DNA from: Octopus bimaculoides
Lineage: Eukaryota
Assembly (NCBI RefSeq): GCF_001194135.2
Contig: NC_069002.1
Location: 24,018,538-24,063,846 of the forward strand
Length of the DNA: 45,309 nucleotides
Direction of reading: 5' to 3'
The translations under genes and the position numbers were made by a program. Every line of letters begins with the position of its first letter. Positions within the stretch are counted from its first letter, which is position 1. Positions 21,418 to 34,028 of this stretch are shown here, piece after piece. Below the pieces are notes generated by a model. The model ran no database searches, was not told the origin of the DNA, and saw only the letters and a list, made by a program, of their open reading frames with translations.

Positions 21418-23594
21418 TAGTTAACAAATCGTATGGTATACACCTGGTAGTTTGCTGGTAAAGCAAGTTCACTGACTCAGTTTTTGTTGGGTATTTGACT
21501 AAAGAGAGAGACGGAAGTTACGAGAATCTTCATTGATCACTACAATTGTTTCGATCCACCCAATATCGATCCCTCTAGGTTGAGATACTGAACATCTAGT
21601 TTAGGTGTATCCGTCGGAGTTGATGTGACTCCTCAGGCGATTTCAAGAGGTATCTCGTTAAAATAAACTCTCTTTCGGCAGATTTCTTCTGGGTCTTCGT
21701 ATATATAAATGGCAACTGCCCAGCTCTTCGAAATGCCGGTGTTAAAACGGGGGTAGCTGATGAAGTAGAATGTTCTCTATGTGGCTTGTGTGTTTTCTCG
21801 TCCCTGCTTTGTTTGCAATGTCCTGTACCCAGATATCCACCTATACATACAGGTGGATGTCGGTATGCACATACCTGTACGTATATATGCATATACTCAT
21901 TTACTATTTGTTTTTACATGACTGAACGCAGCGTCTTCAATTGTAAGTAGTTTTCGTAACTTCATATTTTCCGACGCTACNNNNNNNNNNNNNNNNNNNN
22001 NNNNNNNNNNNNNNNNNNNNNNNNNNNNNNNNNNNNNNNNNNNNNNNNNNNNNNNNNNNNNNNNNNNNNNNNNNNNNNNNNNNNNNNNNNNNNNNNNNNN
22101 NNNNNNNNNNNNNNNNNNNNNNNNNNNNNNNNNNNNNNNNNNNNNNNNNNNNNNNNNNNNNNNNNNNNNNNNNNNNNNNNNNNNNNNNNNNNNNNNNNNN
22201 NNNNNNNNNNNNNNNNNNNNNNNNNNNNNNNNNNNNNNNNNNNNNNNNNNNNNNNNNNNNNNNNNNNNNNNNNNNNNNNNNNNNNNNNNNNNNNNNNNNN
22301 NNNNNNNNNNNNNNNNNNNNNNNNNNNNNNNNNNNNNNNNNNNNNNNNNNNNNNNNNNNNNNNNNNNNNNNNNNNNNNNNNNNNNNNNNNNNNNNNNNNN
22401 NNNNNNNNNNNNNNNNNNNNNNNNNNNNNNNNNNNNNNNNNNNNNNNNNNNNNNNNNNNNNNNNNNNNNNNNNNNNNNNNNNNNNNNNNNNNNNNNNNNN
22501 NNNNNNNNNNNNNNNNNNNNNNNNNNNNNNNNNNNNNNNNNNNNNNNNNNNNNNNNNNNNNNNNNNNNNNNNNNNNNNNNNNNNNNNNNNNNNNNNNNNN
22601 NNNNNNNNNNNNNNNNNNNNNNNNNNNNNNNNNNNNNNNNNNNNNNNNNNNNNNNNNNNNNNNNNNNNNNNNNNNNNNNNNNNNNNNNNNNNNNNNNNNN
22701 NNNNNNNNNNNNNNNNNNNNNNNNNNNNNNNNNNNNNNNNNNNNNNNNNNNNNNNNNNNNNNNNNNNNNNNNNNNNNNNNNNNNNNNNNNNNNNNNNNNN
22801 NNNNNNNNNNNNNNNNNNNNNNNNNNNNNNNNNNNNNNNNNNNNNNNNNNNNNNNNNNNNNNNNNNNNNNNNNNNNNNNNNNNNNNNNNNNNNNNNNNNN
22901 NNNNNNNNNNNNNNNNNNNNNNNNNNNNNNNNNNNNNTATATATATATATATATATATATGTATTTATTACGCATAGGTAAAAATAAGTGCGCCAGAAAG
23001 AGTTAATTCTTTCATGTAAACTGAAATGGAAGACCAGGTCCTAATTTACGAAGGGCAGGTCTTTTAAAGACCTTCATTTTGCTAATAATTAGTAAAGGTC
23101 TTAATACTCTAATTCTACGTCACCATCAGGCAATTGAGCTACTCTTGATCAGGAGATTTATAAATAACCTCTGCAATTCTATCCCACGTCTCACCGGAAG
23201 CTACTCATCTGTAATGTGAGAATGCTGGTTGTATGTATGTATGTATGTATGTATGTATGTATGGATGGGTAGATGGATGGAAGCATGCATGCCTGTATGT
23301 ATGTATATATGTGTGTATGTATGTATGTATGTATATCTATTTATATATGTATGCATATGTGAAAGTATTGTATCTACGTATATACGTTCGTATACATTGT
23401 TTGCGTGTCTTTAATGTGTGTGTATATATATACAATAATACAAGAGGGTGTTATATCTTTTTTATATTAAATAATATATGTATGCATGAATACATTTGTG
23501 CATTTGTGTATGTAAATCTCTAAATACATATACATGTGTCCATATATATTTACATATGTATACATTTGTGTATAAGTATGTATGGGTGTATGTG

Positions 23595-23635
<41 letters not shown>

Positions 23636-23734
23636 TATATGTATGTATGTATATATGTATGTATTTATGGATGTATCTGAAGGAATTAATGAATGTATAA
23701 TAATTAAGGAATTAGACAGCGTGCAGCAGCAAAA

Positions 23735-24400
23735 ATGAAAGAGATCATTAAGAAGGTTTACTGTAGAGGCACATTAGATGAATACTAAAATCAGAATTAA
23801 CTACAAAAGAACGGTAATCGTCATTAATACTTTAGTTGTGTTAGTAATAATTTATCGTTACAATTTTGTGAACTTGACGCTAAATAAATTAACAAACCTA
23901 GACAGAAATAGAAGAAAACATTGACGGTATTAACCACATTAAATCTACCGTAGAACGACGGTCTTTATCACGAATACTGGACGACATAGGGGAGGGTGGT
24001 CCATTGGAGGTAGAAAACTATTATAACTGACGAAAGTAGGGTTAAATATTTAGTAATGAATAATTAGAAGCTAATTCATAAAGACAAAAACAATAAAATC
24101 ACGGTTTTTTTAAATCTTGAAGGTAGCCAACAAATACGAAATAGGGTCTGTTGTGGAAATGTAGGGAGATAAAACAAACAACATAAAAAATATGGAAACG
24201 TCAAAGACTAAACTGAAAATGTGACGTAGTAAAGTGATGGCAGAAAACCCACCACATGGCCAATACCTGAAAACAATTGAACAGGGTGAAAATAGACAAA
24301 GAAAAGTTGCAACAGTAACTTAGGAGTACAAGACCAAGAGTGGCTTGAGTTCATTAATATTGCATTATCCTTCGATGGCAGTCATCACCTTTGTAACATA
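23735..24400 (+). mobile_element. Decayed R4/Dong-like non-LTR retrotransposon fragment (post-RT region)
   Basis: Degenerate MKEIIKKVYCR..., VERRSLSRI..GEGG (cf. DVERLY..R..GGRG) and PPHGQY (cf. KPLHGQY), with many stops. Confidence 0.6.
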
Positions 24401-24792
24401 ATTCAGGAAAAAAAACCCCTTGAGTTGAAATATATCAATTAGGAAATTGTAAGATTCCAAGCATGTGACTTTGGAATTAAATGTACTAGGATTAGTGGAT
24501 GACAGTGTATTTTGGAATGGTCACTAACTGATTGGATAAAAATTTAATGAAGACAGAATTTGAAATTAATTTAGATTATGTCATAAAAACATTTTTATTA
24601 CAAAAATTCCTGTACAAAAAAAAGGAAAAAAAAAAAAAAGAATTAGAAATAGCCGGAAGGTAACAGTGGTGGTATTAATTCATTTATGTAATACACTGGG
24701 TCCCCAGATTCCTTGTTCTAATTAGTTGCCGAAGGCGTTAATCACCAATGTTTCGAAACAGAAAGAGAAAAAACATATCAACGTTGTCGTTG

Positions 24793-24829
<37 letters not shown>

Positions 24830-25056
24830 TATATCATCATCATCATTATATCATCATATCATCGTCATAGCTATTTTCTCTTGCAGCGTGTGTTTGTGTG
24901 TTTGTGTGCGTGCCTTTCTCAACCCGTACTAATCTTGAGTATAATTCAATATATAATTATGTGATTATATGGGGTTTGGAGTATTCCTGTTTATATATAT
25001 ATATGTGTGTATGTGAGTGTGTGTGTGTGTGTGTATATACATATATATACACACAC

Positions 25057-25089
<33 letters not shown>

Positions 25090-25149
25090 TATATATTTCT
25101 GTGTGCGTGTGTGTGTGTGTGTGTGTATTTTTGTAAGTAATCTGCACCG

Positions 25150-25735
25150 GGTGCTTGTAGTAACGTGCAAGGAACAGTTATTCCTTTACAATTAGCTATT
25201 GTTTTGGAACAGTTAATTTCTCATTCTATGGTCATAAATCTTTTTAAGGATGCTTCGTACTTTCCATCAATACTGCAATTCCTTGTCTGAAAATTGCTTA
25301 TTTTCTGTATTTGATATAACTCCCAAGTATTTTATCACAATGCTTACCACTCTTGTGACTATTCCTCACATTCTTCATAAAATCTATTTGTAATTTTCCC
25401 ATTTTTCTGTTCAGAATTATTTATGTTTCCTCTATTCGGGAGAGTCTGTTTTGTTTTCGTAGATTTCAAATTAACTTATGTACAGAACTTCTTTCTATTT
25501 CCAGTTAACATTCTTTCAGTTCTATCCTTTTTACTTCTATCTACATGTGTACTTTGTTAATATTGATAAGTTCTCACTCCTTTGAATTAATTCGATGCTG
25601 CTTTTTTTTAAATATACTTTCCACAGATCCCCACAATTATTTTCTTCCTTCACATATAATATTTTTCGTTCTTCCAGTAGTTTGCGTATTTGTGCTAGAT
25701 ATTGCATACTCCACGTTATTTATATAAGAAACAGC
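25150..25735 (-). mobile_element. Decayed LINE RT/thumb fragment (RTE-like)
   Basis: Minus strand at about 25310-25345 translates IKYLGVISNTENKQFSDKE (KYLG motif of non-LTR RTs); A-rich sense strand. Confidence 0.45.
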
Positions 25736-25739
25736 ATAT

Positions 25740-25959
25740 AAAATATGAAACGTCAAAGACTAAACTAAAAATATGGCTGCAAAGTGATGTGCTAAAGTGA
25801 TGGCAGAAAACCCACCACATGGCCAATACCTGAAAACAATTCAACAGAGTGAAAATAGACAAAGAAGAATTGCAACAGTAACTGAGGAGTACAAGACCAA
25901 TAGTGGCTTGAATTCTTTGATATTGCATCATCCTTCAATGGCAGTCATTACCTTTGCAA
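25740..25959 (+). repeat. Direct copy of 24187-24396, flanked by a second duplicated block (25621-25728 and 25988-26097)
   Basis: AAAGTGATGGCAGAAAACCCACCACATGGCCAATACCTGAAAACAATT occurs in both A copies; ATACTCCACGTTATTTATATAAG occurs in both B copies. Confidence 0.9.
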
Positions 25960-26429
25960 TACTGCTGTTTTTTTTTCATATTTTCTTCCCAGATTCCCAC
26001 AGTTATTTTCTTCCTTTCTTCACATATAATATTTTTCATTCTTCCAGCAGTTTGCGTATTGTGCTACATATTACATACTCCACGTTATTTATATAAGTTT
26101 CCATTGGTTGATTAGGAAGGAATCATCGTGATATTGCTTTCTATTCGTCCTTTATTCAATTCACTTGTAACTCAGCAATTTGGTACACATTTAAAACAAT
26201 AATAATAATGTCAATTCATAAGACTACTTCTAGGAATGGAACAATTTTATGTAGCAGAAGAATGGATCAGCAACGAACCATCAACTCGAAACTTATAACC
26301 TTTTGCGTTTTATGCCCCAGATTGTTTATTTATTAAATACCAGTCTTTCCAGTCATACGAGGTTTTATGAGATATTGTTAACTAAAGAGTATAATCTTTA
26401 TTCTACAAAACATTGAATTGACAGAGTCG

Positions 26430-26660
26430 TGAGAGTGCGTTAAAGAAAGCTGTACGGTATTTTCTCAAATCTCTGCATTCTGCGTTCAAACCCTGCTCAG
26501 TTCAACTTTGCTTTTCACCTTATCGGATGCCGAGAAAAGACGTGCCATTCCAAGGCAGGGATTAGCGGAACTGCAAGGACGTCAACCTAGGAGATTTTTG
26601 TAGAATTCGTTCCGGCTCATTGTGTTCTGACTTCAAATTTCGCCAGGTCCTACTTGGTTT
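26430..26660 (+). mobile_element. Two degraded Nin-core-type SINE pieces
   Basis: GCGTTCAAACCCTGCTCAGTTCAACTTTGCTTTTCACCTT and GACTTCAAATTTCGCCAGGTC. Confidence 0.5.
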
Positions 26661-27222
26661 AACATGCAAGCATTGAAGCCGAGTCTCTGATTTGAGGACA
26701 TCTTTTTCCCGCCCTCCCATCAGTCTGAGAGACCCAGCAAGTGGTCATGGGCACTGCCGTCCTTCCTGACTAAAAATGAAAAAAAACCTAAACAACCGAA
26801 GGAGAACATATAGACTGCAAAAGGTTACACAATATGTGTAGTGTGACTCTTGTAAGCAGCTTTCGGCTTGTCTTTCGCCCAACAGGATTTTAGCCAAATG
26901 TATTATGAGCTATTATTTATAGCTTATGTCAATATAATTACAACCGATATCACAACGAATCATAGAGAAGACAGACGAGGAGAATGAGAGGGATTCTCCC
27001 CCTCTCTTTTCCCACTCTCTCTCTCTGTACACACGCGCGCACACATATAGTTGCAATTTACAGAAAAACAAAAGACGAAGGCAGGTGTATAAACAAACAA
27101 GTGTATTCGTTTGACGCTCGGGAAGGTGAGAAAGTCTTTTACGTTTCGAGCCTACGCTCTTAAACAGAAAGGAACACTAAGAAATAAACAGAGAGTGTGT
27201 GTGTGTGCGTGCGTGTATTATT

Positions 27223-27303
<81 letters not shown>

Positions 27304-27927
27304 GAGGAAGAAAGAAAAAATAGGGAGAGATGATGTTTGTGTGTGTGTGCGTGTGTGTGCGTGCGCGCGTGTGTGTCTGAATTTCCAGGATATAAAATCT
27401 GCACGGAGAATAATTTTGTTTTTGGTCTTCTTTTTTACTGTTTGAATATTGCTTTATTTAATTTCATTTGAAGATAATGAATATTTTTCTTTGAAAATTA
27501 GTATTCATTGTAGCATTTTGTATAAACAACTAGAAATTTGACAAAAGTTAAATTATAACTATTGTATATAAATATGCCATATTTCCTGATATTTCCCAGG
27601 GTGGCAAAAGTATACACTCCAGTAATTCGACGTATGACGGGTAACACGTTAGTATAAATATATTACAAGAGAGAATAGCTTTCACATAATGGAGAAATAT
27701 AATAGATACATGTCATTGGAACATGTTAAGATACTTCCTTTCGACTGAAAGATTTCTACAAACATTAACTAATGACTACAGCTTGATAAGTAAAGTTTAA
27801 CACGAAGTGTTAACAAGAATTTTAAACTATACCAATCATGCTAGCTTATATAATGATTCCAACGCTGTCAGATTCAATAACAAAATTAAAAGCAAACGGC
27901 AGACAATAATAAAGCACGTCCAACGTA

Positions 27928-28327
27928 GTGAACAATTATTTATACATACATACATACATACATACATATAATTATATCATATGTTACATATATATATATA
28001 TATATATACATATATACACACACACATATATATATACATATATATATATATACATATATAAACATACATATATTTACATATATATATATATATATACATA
28101 TATATATGTATACACATACATGTATATACATATATACACATACATATACATATATACATACATATACACATACATATACATATATACACATATACATATA
28201 CATATATACACATACATATATACACATACATATACATATATACATACATATACACATACATATACATATATACACATACATGTATATACATATATATACA
28301 TACATATATATACATATGTATCCATAC

Positions 28328-28398
<71 letters not shown>

Positions 28399-28757
28399 NN
28401 NNNNNNNNNNNNNNNNNNNNNNNNNNNNNNNNNNNNNNNNNNNNNNNNNNNNNNNNNNNNNNNNNNNNNNNNNNNNNNNNNNNNNNNNNNNNNNNNNNNN
28501 NNNNNNNNNNNNNNNNNNNNNNNNNNNNNNNNNNNNNNNNNNNNNNNNNNNNNNNNNNNNNNNNNNNNNNNNNNNNNNNNNNNNNNNNNNNNNNNNNNNN
28601 NNNNNNNNNNNNNNNNNNNNNNNNNNNNNNNNNNNNNNNNNNNNNNNNNNNNNNNNNNNNNNNNNNNNNNNNNNNNNNNNNNNNNNNNNNNNNNNNNNNN
28701 NNNNNNNNNNNNNNNNNNNNNNNNNNNNNNNNNNNNNNNNNNNNNNNNNNNNNNNNN

Positions 28758-28821
<64 letters not shown>

Positions 28822-28890
28822 TATATATATATGTCTGTATGTGCATATATATAAACATATACGTATATATGTATGTATATATATATATGT
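27928..28890. repeat. Long compound (TA)/(CA)/(TACA) microsatellite containing a gap
   Basis: Read directly; it is the source of the YIYI/HTHT pseudo-ORFs. Confidence 0.95.
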
Positions 28891-28892
28891 GC

Positions 28893-28981
28893 GTGCCAAG
28901 AAAATTACCTACGAAAAATAAGTGATATATATATATGTGTGTTTGTGTGTGTGTGTGGATACACTCACACACACACACACG

Positions 28982-29012
<31 letters not shown>

Positions 29013-29014
29013 AA

Positions 29015-29052
<38 letters not shown>

Positions 29053-29084
29053 CACTTAGTTTTCGTAGGTAATTTTCTTGGCAC
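28893..29084. repeat. Inverted duplication: unique arms plus complementary (TA)/(TG)/(CA) tracts
   Basis: GTGCCAAGAAAATTACCTACGAAAA(A/C)TAAGTGATATATATATAT occurs on both strands with one mismatch. Confidence 0.9.
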
Positions 29085-29544
29085 ATTAATAGACGAATGA
29101 TTGTCTTATACTGTTATTAGTTGACTTAAGTTGCGTTGCTTTTACTAATCTCTTTATTTGCTTGCTCAACTAATTGATGCCGATTTCTTAGCAGTGTCTG
29201 CAGCATCTTCTCCGTTGAAATGTGATAACAACACTGTTGCAGTGATGTGTATGTTATCTCTATTTAATAGTTTCCTAGAGAGTTATTGCGATGACCTTTT
29301 AGTTTCTCTTTCTTTGAATGTGTCCATGGAAATTGTTGTTGTGACAGTTTTGCGTCTGACTTTTGAACGTTTTTGTTGCAGAGAAATCAATGGTCCTGCG
29401 GCGGTTTCGACGATGTCTGAATCCGATGTTCGATAAACTGAACTATTTACTCATTGAATTAGCCTATAAGTAGACGAATGTTCTGCACACACATTTACCT
29501 TTCATGTAATTTTCATTCAGAATCAATATGACTCCGTAAGTGAT

Positions 29545-30060
29545 AAAGCTGGCCCTTTGAACTCGACGTACAATCCATTTGACTGGCTTTCGCACAGTTT
29601 CCGTCGACTCAATCTCATTCACAAGGCTCGAATGGACCCGTAAAATAAGAGACACTTATCTGAGATACCAAGTGGTGTGATAGAACCCGGGACCTTGTGA
29701 TTTCGAAGCATTCAACTATACTGCATCGGTTTGTTATAGTAACTACAAAATGAGAATTTTCATAATAGCATGAAATTTTGGTGCAAATGAGAAGGTTAGT
29801 CAATTATATCGACCCCAGTATTTGACTGGCACTTTATTTTATCGACCCCGTAGGGGTGAAAGGTCAAGTTTACCTATGTCAGTATAACTCAGAACGGTAA
29901 AAAAAAAAGATAAACCTCTTCGTAATGGCTTTGATTAGGGCTCGAGGCCAGCAAGTTTAGGGAGAGGAGTTCAGTTGATTACATCAACCCCAGGACTTTA
30001 TTTAAGAAGCAAAGCCCACCTCAGTGGTATTTGAACTCAGAACGCAACGAGCCGAAATCA
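29545..30060 (-). mobile_element. Cluster of three degraded SINEs (about 29545-29725, 29760-29900, 29935-30060)
   Basis: Inverse B-boxes (GAACCCGGGACC, AACTCAGAACG, ATTTGAACTCAGAACG) and the core ATCGACCCC.TAGGG.TGAAAGG. Confidence 0.6.
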
Positions 30061-30744
30061 GCCTCTTTTTGATATTGATGCTTTTGATATGAATCGTCAT
30101 TTTATCTGGGAGCCAAGTTCTTACTGGAATCAAACATAAATCCTTGCCTTTGAAACGAATGGTTGTTGTATTTTTTTTTGTTTGTTTATAAAATGCACTC
30201 ATATTTTTACACGAATCGATTAGAGTTATCGTGTTATACAAAAACAGTTTATCTCCGAACGTTACACATACAATTGGGGCTACATTTACTGCTATGCGCA
30301 ACAAGGGGACCACTAGGCACGTATACGGCATCCATTATAATCTCACCTTAATATGACTCACATAATTCATAAGATTTAAGTGATTTTAAACTCATATATT
30401 GCCCAGCTCCTTTAGGATAACGTCATTCGTTTTATGCTAAAATTGTGGATCACTTATGCTAATTGGTAGTCTCTGGATGGCTTTCTAAACTTAGGGTTTT
30501 TCAAGATTATCTTGGGGAGATTCTTATACGTGACAAGATTTCGTCAGCAGCTTGTATCTTCCAAGGTAATGACTTTCTCTTAATACAATCATTTTCAAAT
30601 ATCAAAATTTGAGATGACAATCAAAGTTCGCTCCACCGTCACCACCAGTAAATGAAAGCTAAACTGAAAGAGGAGTTCGTTCGTTTTTTATCTTCTAGTA
30701 ACGAAGATAAAATAAAGAAAATGTATTAAGAGAATAGAATACTG

Positions 30745-30964
30745 GTTTCCATAAATTTTGGCACAAAGCCAGCAATTGCAGTGAGTGGAGTAAGTCGATT
30801 ACATCTATTCCAGTATTCAACAGGTATTTATTTATCGACCCCGAAAGGATGGATGAGAAGCAAAGCCGACTTCAGCGAAATTTAAATTCAGAACGTAATG
30901 ACGGACGAAATGTCACTAAGCACTTTTGTCCGGCGTGCTGACGATTCTGCTAGCTCGCCACCTT
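30745..30964 (-). mobile_element. Nin-core tRNA-SINE, near full length
   Basis: AAATTTTGGCACAAAGCC...ATCGACCCCGAAAGGATG...TTCAGAACGT...CTAGCTCGCCACCTT. Confidence 0.85.
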
Positions 30965-30969
30965 ATTAA

Positions 30970-31192
30970 CCCATTAAGTCCCACTGTCCTATAAATAGGA
31001 CACGAAATGAGAACATTAAATAAGCTATATCACATTGTCTCAGTGTCCTATTTAGAGGACACCGAGTAATTCTATTTCTACTTGAAGTAAAGGAGAATTA
31101 ATAATAATTTTTTTCATTTTCACCTATTTTCAATCATCTGTAAAAATTTGGAAGTAATATTCAGAAATTTAAGTACCCTGGAACTTAATGGG
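30970..31192. mobile_element. piggyBac-type MITE with intact TTAA target duplication
   Basis: TTAA|CCCATTAAGTCCC ... GGAACTTAATGGG|TTAA. Internal palindromic motifs TGTCCTATAAATAGGACA and TGTCCTATTTAGAGGACA. Confidence 0.85.
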
Positions 31193-31279
31193 TTAAGGAG
31201 AAATGTAATTAAACACTAAATATCACAGATTGCAAGTGTTTTGTTTTCACAAATGAGTGTTGAACGGAATTCATTTTCA

Positions 31280-31500
31280 GGCATCTGAAGGCAGCAAAAT
31301 GGCGCGTCGGACAAAATTCTTAGCAGCAGTTCTTTCGACTCTTTACGCTCTGAGTTCAAATTTCGCCGAGGTTAAACTTTGACTTCCATTTTTGCTTTGT
31401 TTTGAAGTGAATAAAACAACGTACCAGCCAAGAACTTGGGTTGATGTAATCGATTTGTATCTTTTCCTAGAAGTGCTGATCTCGTACCAAAATATGGAAT
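31280..31500 (+). mobile_element. Degraded Nin-core SINE
   Basis: GAAGGCAGCAAAATGGC...CTCTGAGTTCAAATTTCGCCGAGG...GGGTTGATGTAATCGA. Confidence 0.6.
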
Positions 31501-31799
31501 CACTTCGTAAAACGTGCTCTGAAAAGAGTTAAATGTTTCTTTGTAGAATTTCAGTTGTTCGCTTTTTTGGCTTAATCCCTGGTGTTTGGAAGACGGTTTA
31601 CACCCTGATAAATAAATTCGAGAGTTTTCGAGTAAAAGATTATTAATCGAAGATACGTTTATATTTTCAGATACGTTTATATTTATAGTAATTCTTCGTA
31701 AAAAGGGGAATACGAAAGTGGCAAACAGGCATGAATTAAAAGCGGGTGAGTAGAACCACAGTACCCGTATGTTGGGTGTCTGATGATGATCCGAAACGT

Positions 31800-31919
31800 A
31801 GTATTTTTATTTGTTTTAGTCATTGCACAGCTAAGTTAACAGAACGTAAAGAAACCAACACCGGTTGTCAAATGGTAAAAGGCCAAAACAAACACACGCA
31901 ATTATCTGTTTGTCTGTTT

Positions 31920-31975
<56 letters not shown>

Positions 31976-32170
31976 NNNNNNNNNNNNNNNNNNNNNATAT
32001 ATATACGACGAGCTTCTACATAGTCTTTGCTACCCAAATTCACTTACAAACATTGGTCGACCCTGGACTATAGTAAAAGACACATGCCCAAGTTGCCACG
32101 CTCAGTGACCGAACTGGAAACCAAATCGTTTGCAAGGCGAACTTCTTAACCGCACAAAGATGTCCGTGCG
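31800..32170 (-). mobile_element. SINE remnants either side of a (CT)n tract and gap
   Basis: 31997-32170 is the inverse of a CORE-like SINE (GGGCATGTGTCTTTTACTATAG...GTCGTATATATA); 31800-31915 is related to 16180-16375. Confidence 0.6.
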
Positions 32171-32863
32171 CATTTTATAAAACATACACACACATACACA
32201 CACACACATACTTATACACACTCGCATACACACACACACACACATACTTCACCACCCGAGAAACAACAACACAACGACAATAAGAGAAATAAAATAAAGT
32301 ACATGAAAGGAGGAAGGTGGTAGTATGAATATTGAATAATCAGTAGGAAACAGAGTCTTTCATAAGAAACTCGCGGCGTGTAACTATGTTTAATAATGCC
32401 ATCTTGAAAAGACCATTTAATTTCTTTTTAATAAATGCAGTATCTTGCTAATTAAACGTGAATAGTAGTTCTTGTAGGTGAGGAGGGGTGATTAGTCGAT
32501 ATTCAGACTTTTATTTCAGCAGGAAATCATAGTTAAAATTACAGCATTCACATAGCCATAAAGGAATAACTAGTATTTGATCAGCATATTTACTAATATT
32601 TATTTCTTTGATTCCTGTTTTGAGATTGTAATAAACACGCTGACTTTTATTTGCCCGTGTACTTTAAGACAGTCATTAAATACTTGCATGACAAGAAGAA
32701 TTTTCCTTGTGTATGTGTGTGTGTGTGTGTGTGGGTGACTGTATGCGTTTCATTGAATGTCTGATTTATGTGATATCAATAAAACTGATAGAACTCCGGC
32801 TGTCAATGAGTGCATTTAAAGAATTGTTATTTATTAGTCCTTTAATAACAGAAAAACACTAAC

Positions 32864-33009
32864 CTTTGCTTGACAATGATACTAAATCGATGAAAACGCC
32901 AGAGTCGCTGCATTGCTTGTTTTTGAGAATTTTTCACAGAATGTACTTTTCCATCACTACCGCGCGTCTTACCATTTCTTAGTTGATATTTAAACGATTC
33001 TGCTATTGA
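32864..33009 (-). CDS. Candidate internal exon (unknown protein)
   Basis: Acceptor TGTTTCATGGCAG (alternative AG gives a start at 32999), open frame SIAESFKYQLRNGKTRGSDGKVHSVKNSQKQAMQRLWRFHRFSIIVKQ, donor AAG|GTTAGT. No homolog recognised. Confidence 0.2.
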
Positions 33010-33529
33010 CTGCCATGAAACATAACAGATTCATTTTGTTTGAAGAATTGCCAAGTTGTTTAAGTAACATTTTCAAGAGATAAAATATAATTAAGTTTTC
33101 TTTCGTGCATTATTTAATTATTCTTTTTTTCAATAATGAAGTCTTTATCGTGTATTAATGGTATTAATGATTCTTTACAACGAATTTTACACGAATGGCT
33201 TCAGAGAAAACCACTCATTTCTCATTGGTATTCTAATGCCAAAACTTTCTGAAAATCGCATTGTTTTGCTAATTGGTGAAGAAACTGCAGAAAAGTTGTC
33301 ACATTGTTGCTAACCAATGAGGATTAAACAAAATGTTTGTTTTATATAGAGATTTTTTTGTTTTAGCCACTGATACTATTTGCGCTGTAAAGTCTAAAAT
33401 TATTCTACATAATTTACACTTTGAGGATTTGGAGAATTATTAACAAATCGCAAGTTCTAGACTTTTTGTTACACTATTGTATTGAGACAGTATTTCGTTG
33501 CATGGTATAATAATTATTCGAAGCAACGC

Positions 33530-33569
<40 letters not shown>

Positions 33570-34028
33570 NNNNNNNNNNNNNNNNNNNNNNNNNNNNNNN
33601 NNNNNNNNNNNNNNNNNNNNNNNNNNNNNNNNNNNNNNNNNNNNNNNNNNNNNNNNNNNNNNNNNNNNNNNNNNNNNNNNNNNNNNNNNNNNNNNNNNNN
33701 NNNNNNNNNNNNNNNNNNNNNNNNNNNNNNNNNNNNNNNNNNNNNNNNNNNNNNNNNNNNNNNNNNNNNNNNNNNNNNNNNNNNNNNNNNNNNNNNNNNN
33801 NNNNNNNNNNNNNNNNNNNNNNNNNNNNNNNNNNNNNNNNNNNNNNNNNNTATATATATATATATATCGTATAATTCGCGTAATAACCCCGTAACGTGCA
33901 TTTAAAAGTTCTTATATAGTTTTTAGCTTCCGCATGCCACTCTATAGTAGGGTGTTTTCCAAGATTCGATACACATGTGGATCTCCGTTATTGTATCGGA
34001 TGAATATTAGAATATTGAAAATATCAGG

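Noticed and set aside
30506-30565. 60-nt plus-strand exon candidate (donor AAG|GTAATG)
   Set aside because: Isolated, two open frames, no recognisable protein and no compatible neighbours.
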